Assembly: GCA_028712155.1 (NCBI GenBank)
Contig: JAQTQO010000003.1
Span: 2,309-66,308 of the forward strand
Direction: 5' to 3'
Source: Patescibacteria group bacterium
GTDB taxonomy: Bacteria; Patescibacteriota; Patescibacteriia; Buchananbacterales; GWA2-38-13
Length of the DNA stretch: 64,000 bases
The translations under genes and the position numbers were made by a program. Below are positions 18,501-27,630 of the stretch, in pieces. The stretch's first letter is position 1. Each line of letters begins with the position of its first letter. Under the pieces are notes generated by a model. It ran no database searches. It saw only the letters and a list, made by a program, of their open reading frames with translations, and had not been told where the DNA came from.

Positions 18501-19226
18501 TCACTGGATGTGGCCGGAGCAGTGGAAGAAGACGTAGGCGCCTTCCTTGTTGAAGCCGGCCAGCGGATTGCCCGACTCACGCCACAGCGTCAGGGCAGCC
18601 GCGATGCCTTCCCGGAGGCCGGCGTCATCGAAGTAGACGGCGAACGCCAGCGCCTGGAGCAGCTGCCGGAGATTCTGCTGCCAGAGATTTGACGGAGAGG
18701 CGGGCAGCTTGGGTTGGAGCGGCTGGTACGCCACTTCCTCGACGTCGCCCATCAGCAGGGCGATCTCGTCGCTTTTGATGTCGCGATCGTCCAGCCATCC
18801 GACCAGCGAGTCTGCCAGTGCCTGCGCGAGCGTGCAGTCCACCGCTGAGGGAGTAGAAGCTTGAACGTCGACGAAGTCGTAGGTGCTGGGGATTGGCAGC
18901 AGGCGCCGTCCGCCGCACTCGCGCATCCTCAGGATGCAGGTATGCACGGCATCCTTGTCCAGCGGCCGGATGGACAGATCGGGGATCGGCGGGGTGTAAA
19001 ACGGCCCCAGAGCATCCGCCATCGCTCTGCCCTGCCGGGGGTCGCGCAGCCGCCAAAAGAGGAATTGGCAGCTCGTGCCCAGTATCCTGCCGGCCTCGAC
19101 GGTGTGCTGGAGCTGGCGCAGTACCCACGCCGGGCTGCACTGGTATTGCCCCAGTTCACGGATTTCCCGGCTGAGTTCGCTCAGAGCCTCTTCGTCTTTG
19201 GGCTCGCCAAAGGTTGTTTCCGGCAT
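18501..19226 (-). CDS. Hypothetical protein (orphan cassette)
   Basis: SD GAGGAGG, own promoter and terminator; no recognised motif. Confidence 0.65.
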   Translation of the reverse strand: MPETTFGEPKDEEALSELSREIRELGQYQCSPAWVLRQLQHTVEAGRILGTSCQFLFWRLRDPRQGRAMADALGPFYTPPIPDLSIRPLDKDAVHTCILRMRECGGRRLLPIPSTYDFVDVQASTPSAVDCTLAQALADSLVGWLDDRDIKSDEIALLMGDVEEVAYQPLQPKLPASPSNLWQQNLRQLLQALAFAVYFDDAGLREGIAAALTLWRESGNPLAGFNKEGAYVFFHCSGHIQ

Positions 19227-19295
19227 CTTTGCCTCCTCAAAGAACAGTGCTTGCCATCATCGCGAAAACCGATTTCGCGCGCAGCATAGTGAAGT

Positions 19296-19324
19296 ACCCT
19301 ACACAAATATCATTGATTTGTCAA
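19296..19324 (-). promoter_or_regulatory. sigma70 promoter
   Basis: TTGACA-N17-TAGGGT on minus strand. Confidence 0.6.
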
Positions 19325-19428
19325 GGGTTTACTTACAGCCATGTCATCCTGTTGGGCGCGAATTTTTTACTCTTCGGTCCAGTAGGAATATATTTATGGT
19401 GTGGTAGAATAGAGATACTTGGCTGGCT

Positions 19429-19905
19429 ATGGAAATTTCCACCCTTGTAAATCCACGGCAAGTCATTTTGCTCACCGCCCGCGCCAAGGGCCGCGACAAT
19501 GTCATGGCACTGGCTTGGCATACGCCGGTGAGCTACGATCCCCCGATGTATGCGGTCGCCATCTACCGCGGATGGTTCACCTGCGGTTTGGTGCGGGCGT
19601 CAAAAGTGTTTGTCGTCAATTTCATGCCGAAGAGTTCCGCACCGGCGGTGTTGATATGCGGCAGAAAATCAGGAAAGAAAATGGATAAGTTTGCCGCCAG
19701 CGGGCTGGATAAAGAGGAGGCGGAAAAGGTGAAAGCTCCTCGCATCAAACAGGCGCTCGGGTATTTGGAATGCCGAACCGTGCGTTCGGTAAACGTCGGC
19801 GATCACGTGGTATTTATCGCCAAGGTGCTGAAGGCCAGACTCAAGAGCAAAGGCAAACGTCTTTTTCATCTCGGCGGCGATCGTTTTACCACGACCACTC
19901 GGTAA
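19429..19905 (+). CDS. Flavin reductase family protein
   Basis: NVMALAWHTPVS, FVVNF, DKF, LECR, GDHVVFIA. Confidence 0.85.
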   Translation: MEISTLVNPRQVILLTARAKGRDNVMALAWHTPVSYDPPMYAVAIYRGWFTCGLVRASKVFVVNFMPKSSAPAVLICGRKSGKKMDKFAASGLDKEEAEKVKAPRIKQALGYLECRTVRSVNVGDHVVFIAKVLKARLKSKGKRLFHLGGDRFTTTTR

Positions 19906-19912
19906 TTTATAT

Positions 19913-20176
19913 ATGCAAACGAAAATTTCCAAGCCGACGCCGCAGCAAATTACGGCAGCGGAAAACTGGGGAACCTGGGAAAAAGAAATTTCTGAATTTC
20001 CGTTGGAGTACGATACGCAAGAGACGTGCTACATTTTGGAAGGGGAGGCGGAGGTGATCGAGGCGGACGGAGCCGTGGCGCATTTTGGCGCGGGTGACTG
20101 GGTGGTATTTCCGGCCGGCCTGAAATGCACCTGGAAGATTACACGGCCCATCAAGAAAAGATATCTATTTAATTAA
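19913..20176 (+). CDS. Cupin (cupin_3/DUF861-like)
   Basis: ETCYILEGEA, GDWVVFPAGLKCTWKI. Confidence 0.85.
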   Translation: MQTKISKPTPQQITAAENWGTWEKEISEFPLEYDTQETCYILEGEAEVIEADGAVAHFGAGDWVVFPAGLKCTWKITRPIKKRYLFN

Positions 20177-20191
20177 GTGTACGAACATCGT

Positions 20192-20674
20192 ATGCCAAAT
20201 GAACCAGTGACCGAGACCGGTTGCTGCGCGCGTTTCGATCCGGCGCCGTGGCAGGACAAAGAGATCACGTGGGACAAGCGGCGGTTTGTCAAAGACCACG
20301 TCACCAGTTTTTTGCACATTCCGTTGAACATGGGCGCAAAAGTCGTCAAAAACATGAAGACGATTGAAGCGGCCGGTGCGAAATCAGGAATCCAACTGAT
20401 GCTGACGGATGAAAAGTCGCTGTGGGGATCCGACATCTACATTGACGTTGCCAAAGACGTCCCCGGCGCGCAGATGGCAGAAATTTCCGGCACGTTTTTA
20501 ACCAAGGTATTTGAAGGTCCGTACAATCAGGCCGGCGTGTGGGCCAAGGAGATGGTCGAGTACGTCAAGGCGAAAGGCAAGACGCTCAAAAAATTGTACT
20601 TTTCGTACACCACCTGCCCGCACTGTGCGAAGGCCTACGGGAAAAATTACGTAGTGCTATTTGCGCAGATATAG
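20192..20674 (+). CDS. Conserved hypothetical protein (GyrI-like fold, terminal Cys motifs)
   Basis: GCCARFDP, KVFEGPY, YTTCPHCAKAYGKNYVV. Confidence 0.7.
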   Translation: MPNEPVTETGCCARFDPAPWQDKEITWDKRRFVKDHVTSFLHIPLNMGAKVVKNMKTIEAAGAKSGIQLMLTDEKSLWGSDIYIDVAKDVPGAQMAEISGTFLTKVFEGPYNQAGVWAKEMVEYVKAKGKTLKKLYFSYTTCPHCAKAYGKNYVVLFAQI

Positions 20675-20696
20675 GCGCGCATCTGACGGTAACCTC

Positions 20697-21242
20697 ATGG
20701 ACAGAAATTTTCTCGACCAGCGCATCCGCAAAATTCCGGACTTTCCCAAACCCGGCGTGCTGTTCTACGACATCACCACGCTGTTTGAGGATGCGCAGGC
20801 ATTCCGTGAAGTGATGGATGTGCTTTCCGCAAATTACGCCGGAAAAAAGGTTGACAAGGTGGTGGGCATTGACGCCCGCGGTTTTCTGCTGGCCTCGGTC
20901 ATGGCGTACAAACTGAACGCCGGCATTTCGATCGTACGTAAAAAAGGCAAATTGCCGTACAAAACGAAATCCGCATCATACGAAAAGGAGTATGGTCCCG
21001 ATGTCATCGAAATGCACGAGGGAACGATTAAGCCCGGCGAGAGCGTAGTGATCGCCGACGATCTGCTGGCCACCGGCGGCACCATGCTTTCCACGGTTCA
21101 GCTCGTCGAGCAGATGGGCGGAAAGATTATGGGGATTGATTTTATCATCGCGCTGACGTTTTTGCCGGGCCTGAAAAAATTGCAGGCACGCGGATTTCCG
21201 GTGCACTACTTGATTGATTACGACCATGAAAAAGTCAGTTGA
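20697..21242 (+). CDS. apt: Adenine phosphoribosyltransferase
   Basis: IPDFPKPGVLFYDIT, IDARGF, RKKGKLP, DDLLATGGT. Confidence 0.95.
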   Translation: MDRNFLDQRIRKIPDFPKPGVLFYDITTLFEDAQAFREVMDVLSANYAGKKVDKVVGIDARGFLLASVMAYKLNAGISIVRKKGKLPYKTKSASYEKEYGPDVIEMHEGTIKPGESVVIADDLLATGGTMLSTVQLVEQMGGKIMGIDFIIALTFLPGLKKLQARGFPVHYLIDYDHEKVS

Positions 21243-22038
21243 TTCGGCGACACCCGAAATAATTATCGGCATTATCGGCGGTTCCGGGTTGGATGACCCG
21301 CAATTGCTTGTAGATTTCAAGGAGATCGCGCTGGAGACGCCGTACGGGCAGCCCTCCTCGGTGGTGACGGTCGGTCGGTTGGGAAACGCAAAGGTGGCGA
21401 TTTTGTCCCGGCACGGGAAAGACCATTCCATCGTGCCGACCAAAGTGCCATACCGCGCCAATCTGTGGGCGCTCAAGGAGGTCGGCTGCACGCATATTCT
21501 GGCCACCACCGCCTGCGGTTCGCTGCGCGAAGAAATCCGGCCCGGCGATTTCGTGTTTCCGGATCAGTTCATCGATAACACGAAACACCGGCCGCTGACG
21601 CTGTTTGAGGACCAGGTCATCCATACGGCCATGGCCGATCCGTTCTGCCCGATGCTGCGCGCGCTGCTCATGCGGGCGGCGACGACCATGCAATTGCGCC
21701 ATCACCCGAACGGGACTATCGTCACGATTGAAGGTCCGCGGTTTTCCACCCGCGCGGAATCAAAGATGTTTCAGAGCTGGGGCGCCGACGTTATTAATAT
21801 GTCCACGGTGCCGGAGGTGACGCTGGCACGTGAGCTGGGGTTGTGCTACCAGACGATTGCCATGACCACCGATTACGACTGCTGGAAGGAGGGTGAGGAG
21901 CCGGTAACGTGGGAGATTATTTGTGAACGGATGCAGCAGAATGCCGAACGGGTCAAACAGCTCATTTTCGCAGTGGTTCCGACCGTTGATCGCATCGATC
22001 AGACCTGCCGCGCGACAACGGAGCTCAAGATAGAGTAG
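21226..22038 (+). CDS. mtnP: S-methyl-5'-thioadenosine phosphorylase
   Basis: IGIIGGSG, SRHG, EGPRFSTRAES, INMS, TDYDCW. Confidence 0.92.
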   Translation: MKKSVDSATPEIIIGIIGGSGLDDPQLLVDFKEIALETPYGQPSSVVTVGRLGNAKVAILSRHGKDHSIVPTKVPYRANLWALKEVGCTHILATTACGSLREEIRPGDFVFPDQFIDNTKHRPLTLFEDQVIHTAMADPFCPMLRALLMRAATTMQLRHHPNGTIVTIEGPRFSTRAESKMFQSWGADVINMSTVPEVTLARELGLCYQTIAMTTDYDCWKEGEEPVTWEIICERMQQNAERVKQLIFAVVPTVDRIDQTCRATTELKIE

Positions 22039-22074
22039 AAAACAGGGATCTGTGCGTGCTTGTCTTACATAACT

Positions 22075-22851
22075 ATGTCTGAGTATTACCGCCCCCGGCG
22101 GAGCTCCAATCTCTATACGCCCGGCAGCGCCGAGCCATTCCGCGTCAGCCGGTCAAAGATCGACCTCTTCCTCAACTGTCCGCGGTGTTTCTACCTCGAC
22201 CGCCGGCTGGGCGTGGCGCAGCCGCCCGGTTTTCCATTTTCGCTCAATGCCGCCGTGGATAAACTTTTAAAGAAAGAGTTTGATATCCACCGTGCGCAGG
22301 GCACCCAACACCCGCTGATGCGCGCCTATAAAATTGACGCCGTTCCGTTCGATCACCCGAAGATGGAGGAGTGGCGCGACAGTCTGGGCGGCGGCATCCG
22401 GTACTTTCATGCCCCGACAAAATTTTTGGTAACCGGCGGGGTTGATGACCTCTGGGTGAACCCCGGCGGGGAAATTTCCGTGGTGGATTACAAGGCGACA
22501 GCCAAAGACAGCGAGGTGAACATTGATGCGGCGTGGCAGATCGGTTACAAGCGGCAGATGGAGGTGTACCAGTGGCTGTTTCGGCAAAATGGTTTTACCG
22601 TGTCGGACGCCGGTTACTTCGTGTACGTCAACGGCAAAACCGATCGCAAGGCGTTTGACGGCAAGCTCGAGTTTGACGTAAAGATTTTGCCCTACCGCGG
22701 AAACGATGCATGGGTGGAGCCGACGCTCTACGAAATCCTGCGCTGTCTGGAGAGCGATCAGCTGCCGGCACCCGCCAAAGACTGCGATTTTTGCAATTAC
22801 CGCGCCGCCGTCCTGGCGGTCGAGAAATCCGCCGGAAGAAAACGCGGGTGA
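22075..22851 (+). CDS. PD-(D/E)XK nuclease, Cas4/AddB-like (solo)
   Basis: SRSKI..F..CPRCF, GGVDD, VVDYK, QMEVY, C-terminal CDFC. Confidence 0.85.
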   Translation: MSEYYRPRRSSNLYTPGSAEPFRVSRSKIDLFLNCPRCFYLDRRLGVAQPPGFPFSLNAAVDKLLKKEFDIHRAQGTQHPLMRAYKIDAVPFDHPKMEEWRDSLGGGIRYFHAPTKFLVTGGVDDLWVNPGGEISVVDYKATAKDSEVNIDAAWQIGYKRQMEVYQWLFRQNGFTVSDAGYFVYVNGKTDRKAFDGKLEFDVKILPYRGNDAWVEPTLYEILRCLESDQLPAPAKDCDFCNYRAAVLAVEKSAGRKRG

Positions 22852-22947
22852 AAATCCCAGCACCAATCTCAACAATACTTTTTTCTGGATCCCCGCGGGC
22901 GCAAAAATGACATCGGGGAAATTACACGATCCATTTGCATGTTCGGT

Positions 22948-23412
22948 ATGGATTTTTGGGAGGTTGTAGAACTACGCCACTGCGTGCGGTCGTTTGATGC
23001 CGGCCGCGAAGTTACCGATGCCCTTGTTGCCAAACTGCTGGATGCGGCCCGGCATGCGCCGTCAGCGGGTGGAATTTATCCGACGGAGTTTGTCGTCGTG
23101 CGGGATGTTGCGGTGAAAACGCAGCTGGCGGCCGCGGCGCGCAATCAGGAATTTTTGGCTGACGCACCGGTGGTCATCGTCGTGGTCTCCGATGCAGGCA
23201 TGAGCGCGGCCAAATACGGCGAGCGCGGAAGAAATCTCTATGCGGTGCAAGACGCGGCAGCCGCAACGGAAAACCTGTTTCTGGCGGCGACCGCATCGGG
23301 TTTGGGCGCATGCTGGGTCGGCGCTTTCGAAGAAAGCGAAGTGGCCAAGGTGCTGCAGCTTGATGAGGCGAAGCGTCCCCTGGCGATCATTCCCGTCGGT
23401 TATCCGCGGTAG
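22948..23412 (+). CDS. Nitroreductase family protein
   Basis: RHCVRSF, APSAG, LGACWVGAF, IPVGYP. Confidence 0.9.
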   Translation: MDFWEVVELRHCVRSFDAGREVTDALVAKLLDAARHAPSAGGIYPTEFVVVRDVAVKTQLAAAARNQEFLADAPVVIVVVSDAGMSAAKYGERGRNLYAVQDAAAATENLFLAATASGLGACWVGAFEESEVAKVLQLDEAKRPLAIIPVGYPR

Positions 23413-23420
23413 CCCGAATG

Positions 23421-23453
23421 TAAAAAAGCGCCCGACGTGCGGGCGATTTTTTT
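23421..23453. terminator. Bidirectional terminator between convergent genes
   Basis: AAAAAA-GCGCCCG..CGGGCG-ATTTTTT. Confidence 0.65.
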
Positions 23454-23468
23454 GTGGGTGAAAATATA

Positions 23469-24521
23469 CTATGCGGGTGTTGCCGGCTGGTATACCAGCT
23501 GCCCGCACGCGGCGGCAATGTCTGCACCCATCGCGTGGCGCTCGGTCACGTCGCAGCCGCCAGTGAGCAGGATATTCTTGAAACCGTCGATCCGTTCCCG
23601 CTGGCTGGGGGTAAACGGTTTGCCGGACACCGGGTTGTACGGGATGACGTTGATTTTCTTTGCGCCGGTGGTTTTCAAATATGCCGCCAATTCCGTGGCA
23701 TCGGCGACGGAATCATTGACCCCGTTGAGCAGGATATATTCGAAGGTCAGGTACCGGCGGCGGTTGCCGAGGGTCTGCTGGTAGCGCCGCGACCATTCGG
23801 CAAGCTGCGGCAGGAAATTCTGCGCCGTGGACGGAACGATTTTATTTCGCAGCTTCTCGTTGGCGCTGTGGAGCGATATCGCGATGCGCACGGGAGGCCA
23901 GCCCGGGTCGGTGAGCAGCTGCTCGAGCATCGGCAGCAGGCCGACGGTGGATACCGTGAGATGCGTGGGGCCAAGATCGGTGTTTTTTAACAAGGCGGCA
24001 ACTGCGGCTTTCACGTTTTCGTAGTTGGCGAGCGGTTCGCCCATGCCCATCATGACGAGATTGCTGATGCGCGGCGGCAGGTCGGGGCGGTCGTGGAGAA
24101 ATTTTTGCCAGCTGCGGAACTGGTCGACGATCTCGTCGGCGGTGAGGCTGCGTTTGAGGCCCATGGTACCGGTGGCGCAAAATGAACAGCCCATACCGCA
24201 GCCGATCTGTGACGAGACGCAGATCGTCCAACTGCCGCGGGCGTTTTTCATCAGGACGGTTTCGTAGCGCAGGCCGTCGGCTGCCTGCAGCACCGACTTG
24301 TAGGTATCATGCGCCTGACTTTCCAGCGTGCGCACCACCGTGTGCGTAACCCATGGTATGGCCGCGTTCAGCGTCTGGCGCATTGCTTGCGGCAAAACGG
24401 TGATGCCGTCCCAGCCGTTAACGGCAGGGTCAAAGAACGCGCGTTCGATCTGTGCCAATCGATAGCGCGGCGCGTCCGGGAAAAGCGTCGCGAAGTGTTG
24501 GGCGCGGGAAATGGTTGGCAT
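23469..24521 (-). CDS. rlmN: 23S rRNA/tRNA m2A methyltransferase RlmN
   Basis: CVSSQIGCGMGCSFC, MGMGEP, ISLH, EYIL, IAAACGQL. Confidence 0.93.
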   Translation of the reverse strand: MPTISRAQHFATLFPDAPRYRLAQIERAFFDPAVNGWDGITVLPQAMRQTLNAAIPWVTHTVVRTLESQAHDTYKSVLQAADGLRYETVLMKNARGSWTICVSSQIGCGMGCSFCATGTMGLKRSLTADEIVDQFRSWQKFLHDRPDLPPRISNLVMMGMGEPLANYENVKAAVAALLKNTDLGPTHLTVSTVGLLPMLEQLLTDPGWPPVRIAISLHSANEKLRNKIVPSTAQNFLPQLAEWSRRYQQTLGNRRRYLTFEYILLNGVNDSVADATELAAYLKTTGAKKINVIPYNPVSGKPFTPSQRERIDGFKNILLTGGCDVTERHAMGADIAAACGQLVYQPATPA

Positions 24522-24679
24522 AGGTAGCGGTTCTTACCATCCTAGGATGAATGCGTGATTGGCGCAACCCGGGCGATCGCTGAAAGTCACATGGAGAGAA
24601 GCGGCGGGGGGACTGATGTGCTATACTATAAAAATGAGGGAGATGGAATATTTTGGCAATCACAAAACAGGATATCGTT

Positions 24680-25996
24680 ATGCCGAAAAGGAATGATAAA
24701 GTTAGCGACCCGTTTGACGGAGTCTCGCGGTCAGGTTTGGGTTTGCCCACGCGGTATTCAAGCGTCTGGTTGATTGTGGTCGGTGGATTGGTGGTTGTTG
24801 GCGCAATCGGTGCGGTATGGTTTTTGCCGCAATTGCATCGTGCGGTGGGTCCGGCGCCGGCGCCGTTCGCGTTGCCCAGCGCGACGGTGGCGCCGGCGGT
24901 AAGCCCGGCGGCAGCCGTCCCCGCGACGAGTCCCGTAGCGGCCCCAACGCCATCAAGTCAAGCGGCCGCCACGTTTAATGAATTCGGGCGCACGTTCCGC
25001 GAGTACGGACGGGAGTATAGCGATGCGGGCGATCTGTTTTTCGGCGGGTACGCTAACGTCGGCGGCACGCTGGCGTACACTGCGCGGCAAGGGAATCAAC
25101 TGTTTGTCGTGCACCGCGGCGGCATGATCGGGCAAGATCTTCCTGACCTTGGAGGGATTTTGGAAATTTTGGATAACGGCGGGAAGCCGGCGTTCCTCGC
25201 GCTGCGATCGGACCTTTCGCCGTTGGGCGGTTTTGGGTCGTATATTTTCTTTGACGGACAGCGCATCGGTGCGTCGTATGCGTACGTGCGGGATCCGGCG
25301 AGCATCAGCGGGAAACTAGCGTATGTTGGAATAATCAAGGATTCGACCCGTCCGGGCGGACAGCGCTCCGTGGTGGTCTACGACGGCAAAGAGTACGGCC
25401 GGGCATACGACGAGGTGGAAACTCCGTTCGCGCTGGAAGGGAAACTGGCATTTTTTGCCACGCGCGGCGCGGACTTTATGGTGGTGACCGTCTACGACGG
25501 CAAGGAAAGTATACTGCCGGAAAGCCAGTTTGACGTCCCGGCAGTGAAAGATGCCGCGGGTCGCGTCGTGTTTGTTTACGATAATGGTACCGCCCGGGAC
25601 CAGGCGGTTTTCAACGGCAAGGCCGTGACGGTGGATATGGGAACCGACCGGTCATACGCGTGGTATGACGGGCAGAAGCTCGGCGCGGAGTACGACGAAG
25701 TGCTCGAAGTCGCGCCGGTCGGAGGGAAGCTGGCGCTGCTCGTTCAAAAAAAAGGCCGGACGCTGATTGCGTACGACGGTAAAGAGTACGGGCATCATTA
25801 TGATTCCGTCTATGATTTGCCGGGCGAGAAAAGCGATGCGTACAGCCTGCGGATGCCGTACCGGATGGGTAAACCGCAAGCGATGTTTTCCGCGATTAAA
25901 TTCGTCGGTGACGTGGGCGGGAAGCTGACGTATCTGGTGACCGTCGGATTTTCCGCCGATGGTAGCCCGAAGCAAATTATCGTGCAGGAGGAGTAA
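24680..25996 (+). CDS. Membrane-anchored surface protein with Pro/Ala linker and beta-rich repeats
   Basis: TM WLIVVGGLVVVGAIGAVWF; repeated YDGKEYG..YD.V....GKLA units. Confidence 0.75.
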   Translation: MPKRNDKVSDPFDGVSRSGLGLPTRYSSVWLIVVGGLVVVGAIGAVWFLPQLHRAVGPAPAPFALPSATVAPAVSPAAAVPATSPVAAPTPSSQAAATFNEFGRTFREYGREYSDAGDLFFGGYANVGGTLAYTARQGNQLFVVHRGGMIGQDLPDLGGILEILDNGGKPAFLALRSDLSPLGGFGSYIFFDGQRIGASYAYVRDPASISGKLAYVGIIKDSTRPGGQRSVVVYDGKEYGRAYDEVETPFALEGKLAFFATRGADFMVVTVYDGKESILPESQFDVPAVKDAAGRVVFVYDNGTARDQAVFNGKAVTVDMGTDRSYAWYDGQKLGAEYDEVLEVAPVGGKLALLVQKKGRTLIAYDGKEYGHHYDSVYDLPGEKSDAYSLRMPYRMGKPQAMFSAIKFVGDVGGKLTYLVTVGFSADGSPKQIIVQEE

Positions 25997-26010
25997 ACCG
26001 CACGGAAATT

Positions 26011-27582
26011 TTACCCGAGGTCCTTCACCAGGTACGTACCCGCTCGGCGGTAGCCGAGACGGCGGTAGTAGGGGCGCACGCCGACGCCGGAAATGACGGC
26101 GATTTTTTTTATGCCGCGGCGGCGGGTGATATTTTCGGCCGCGGCCATCAGCTTTTTGCCCAGTCCCGTGTGCTGGACCGGGCCTTTCTTTGACAGCGGC
26201 GTGAGTTCGCCGTAGGTGTGCAGTTCGCGGATGATCGCCGCGTTTTTTAATTCTGGTATGAAGTTTTGCTCCGGATGGTCGTTGAAACGCAATCGCAAAA
26301 AAGCGTAGAGGATTTTGGCGTCTTTTGATTCGTAGCTCAAGAAGTGCTCCACTCCTTCCGACGCCCGATATGTTTGCTTGCGGTAAACGATTCCTTGCGG
26401 TCTGTTTCCTGCATCCTGTTTTCCCATCCGGTGGCCGGCTTCGCGGCAGCGAATGCACCGGCAGCCGGTGAACTCTTTCGCGATCATTTGGCGGAGGTTG
26501 GTGATTTTGTTACCGGCGACAATGCTTTGGGCCGGAATGTCGCGCACCAGCCGCGTGATGCGCACATACGGCGGAGTGATTTTTTTTATGGCGATAATGA
26601 TTCTTTTTAATTCGGCGTCCGTGTACGGCCGGAATTTTTTTTGCCGCCACCAGCGGTGGAGCAACGTGCCTTTTGTCACGACGCAGGGGTAGATTTTCAA
26701 AATGTCCGGCTGGAAATCTGAACTGGTATATATTTTTTTAAACATCACCAAGTCTTTTGCGACGGTGGAACCGGGCAAATTGGGCATCAGGTGATAGTGG
26801 ACTTTGAATCCGGCCTGCTTGAGTAGCCGGGTAGCGGTTATCGTTTCCCGCACAGTGTGGTCGCGACGGTTCTTTTCGAGCACGCGGTCGTCAATATTCT
26901 GGACACCGATTTCCACGCGCGTCACGCCAAGCTGCCGCAGAAACCGCAGCTCATCTTCCGTGACGTATTCTGGACGAGTTTCGATACTGATGCCGATGAT
27001 GCGATTGTGTACGTGCTCGTTTTGGCGCTGGGCGGCTGTCAGCGTTGGCGACGTTTTTCCGTTGGCGGCGTCAAAGCAGCGCTTGATAAACAAAGATTGA
27101 TATTTCCGTGGGTATGCCGACCACGTGCCGCCGAGGATGATGAGCTCGACCTTGTCGGTAGCATGGCCGTTGCCGTAGAGGATTTGCAAACGCCCGCGGA
27201 CCTGGCGGTAGGGGTCAAATTTTTCCCGCACGGCGCGCATGATGGCCGGCTCATTCGGCAAATAACTTTTCGGCATGCCCAAGACATTGGGGCAGTACGC
27301 GCAGCGACCCGGGCAGGGGAATGGTTTGGTAATCACCGTGACCGGCGCAACACCGGAAAGTGTTCGAATGCTGCGTTTGAGCAATCCCTGCTCGATTGCC
27401 GGATTTCTCTTCACTTCCTTTCGTTCAACCATCCGGCGGTATGCTAAAAGCACCGCAGCGTTCGACGGCGTTGTGCGCGTAAGTTTTCCGGCCAGACGAT
27501 CCTTTTTCGCCACAATGTCGCGCGGCAGTTTGAGCCGGCTTTGGGCCAGTGCGCGGGCGATTTTTTTTGCTGCAGTGTCCAT
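26011..27582 (-). CDS. elp3: tRNA uridine(34) acetyltransferase Elp3 (radical SAM + KAT)
   Basis: RTLSGVAPV, CPGRCAYC, PKSY, GGTW, IETRPE, LKIYP, CRCIRCRE, IRELHTYG, QHTGLG, ISGVGVRPYY. Confidence 0.93.
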   Translation of the reverse strand: MDTAAKKIARALAQSRLKLPRDIVAKKDRLAGKLTRTTPSNAAVLLAYRRMVERKEVKRNPAIEQGLLKRSIRTLSGVAPVTVITKPFPCPGRCAYCPNVLGMPKSYLPNEPAIMRAVREKFDPYRQVRGRLQILYGNGHATDKVELIILGGTWSAYPRKYQSLFIKRCFDAANGKTSPTLTAAQRQNEHVHNRIIGISIETRPEYVTEDELRFLRQLGVTRVEIGVQNIDDRVLEKNRRDHTVRETITATRLLKQAGFKVHYHLMPNLPGSTVAKDLVMFKKIYTSSDFQPDILKIYPCVVTKGTLLHRWWRQKKFRPYTDAELKRIIIAIKKITPPYVRITRLVRDIPAQSIVAGNKITNLRQMIAKEFTGCRCIRCREAGHRMGKQDAGNRPQGIVYRKQTYRASEGVEHFLSYESKDAKILYAFLRLRFNDHPEQNFIPELKNAAIIRELHTYGELTPLSKKGPVQHTGLGKKLMAAAENITRRRGIKKIAVISGVGVRPYYRRLGYRRAGTYLVKDLG

Positions 27583-27587
27583 TTCGG

Positions 27588-27620
27588 TTGATAGTTCCAC
27601 AGGTAAAGGATACCATTATA
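27588..27620. promoter_or_regulatory. Overlapping divergent promoters for elp3 and the methyltransferase
   Basis: + strand TTGATA-N17-TACCAT (27588-27616); - strand TATAAT at 27615-27620. Confidence 0.5.
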
Positions 27621-27630
27621 CATGAGAGCT

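Noticed and set aside
22075-22851. CRISPR-Cas locus suggested by the Cas4-like nuclease
   Set aside because: No cas1/cas2 and no repeat-spacer array seen anywhere in the window
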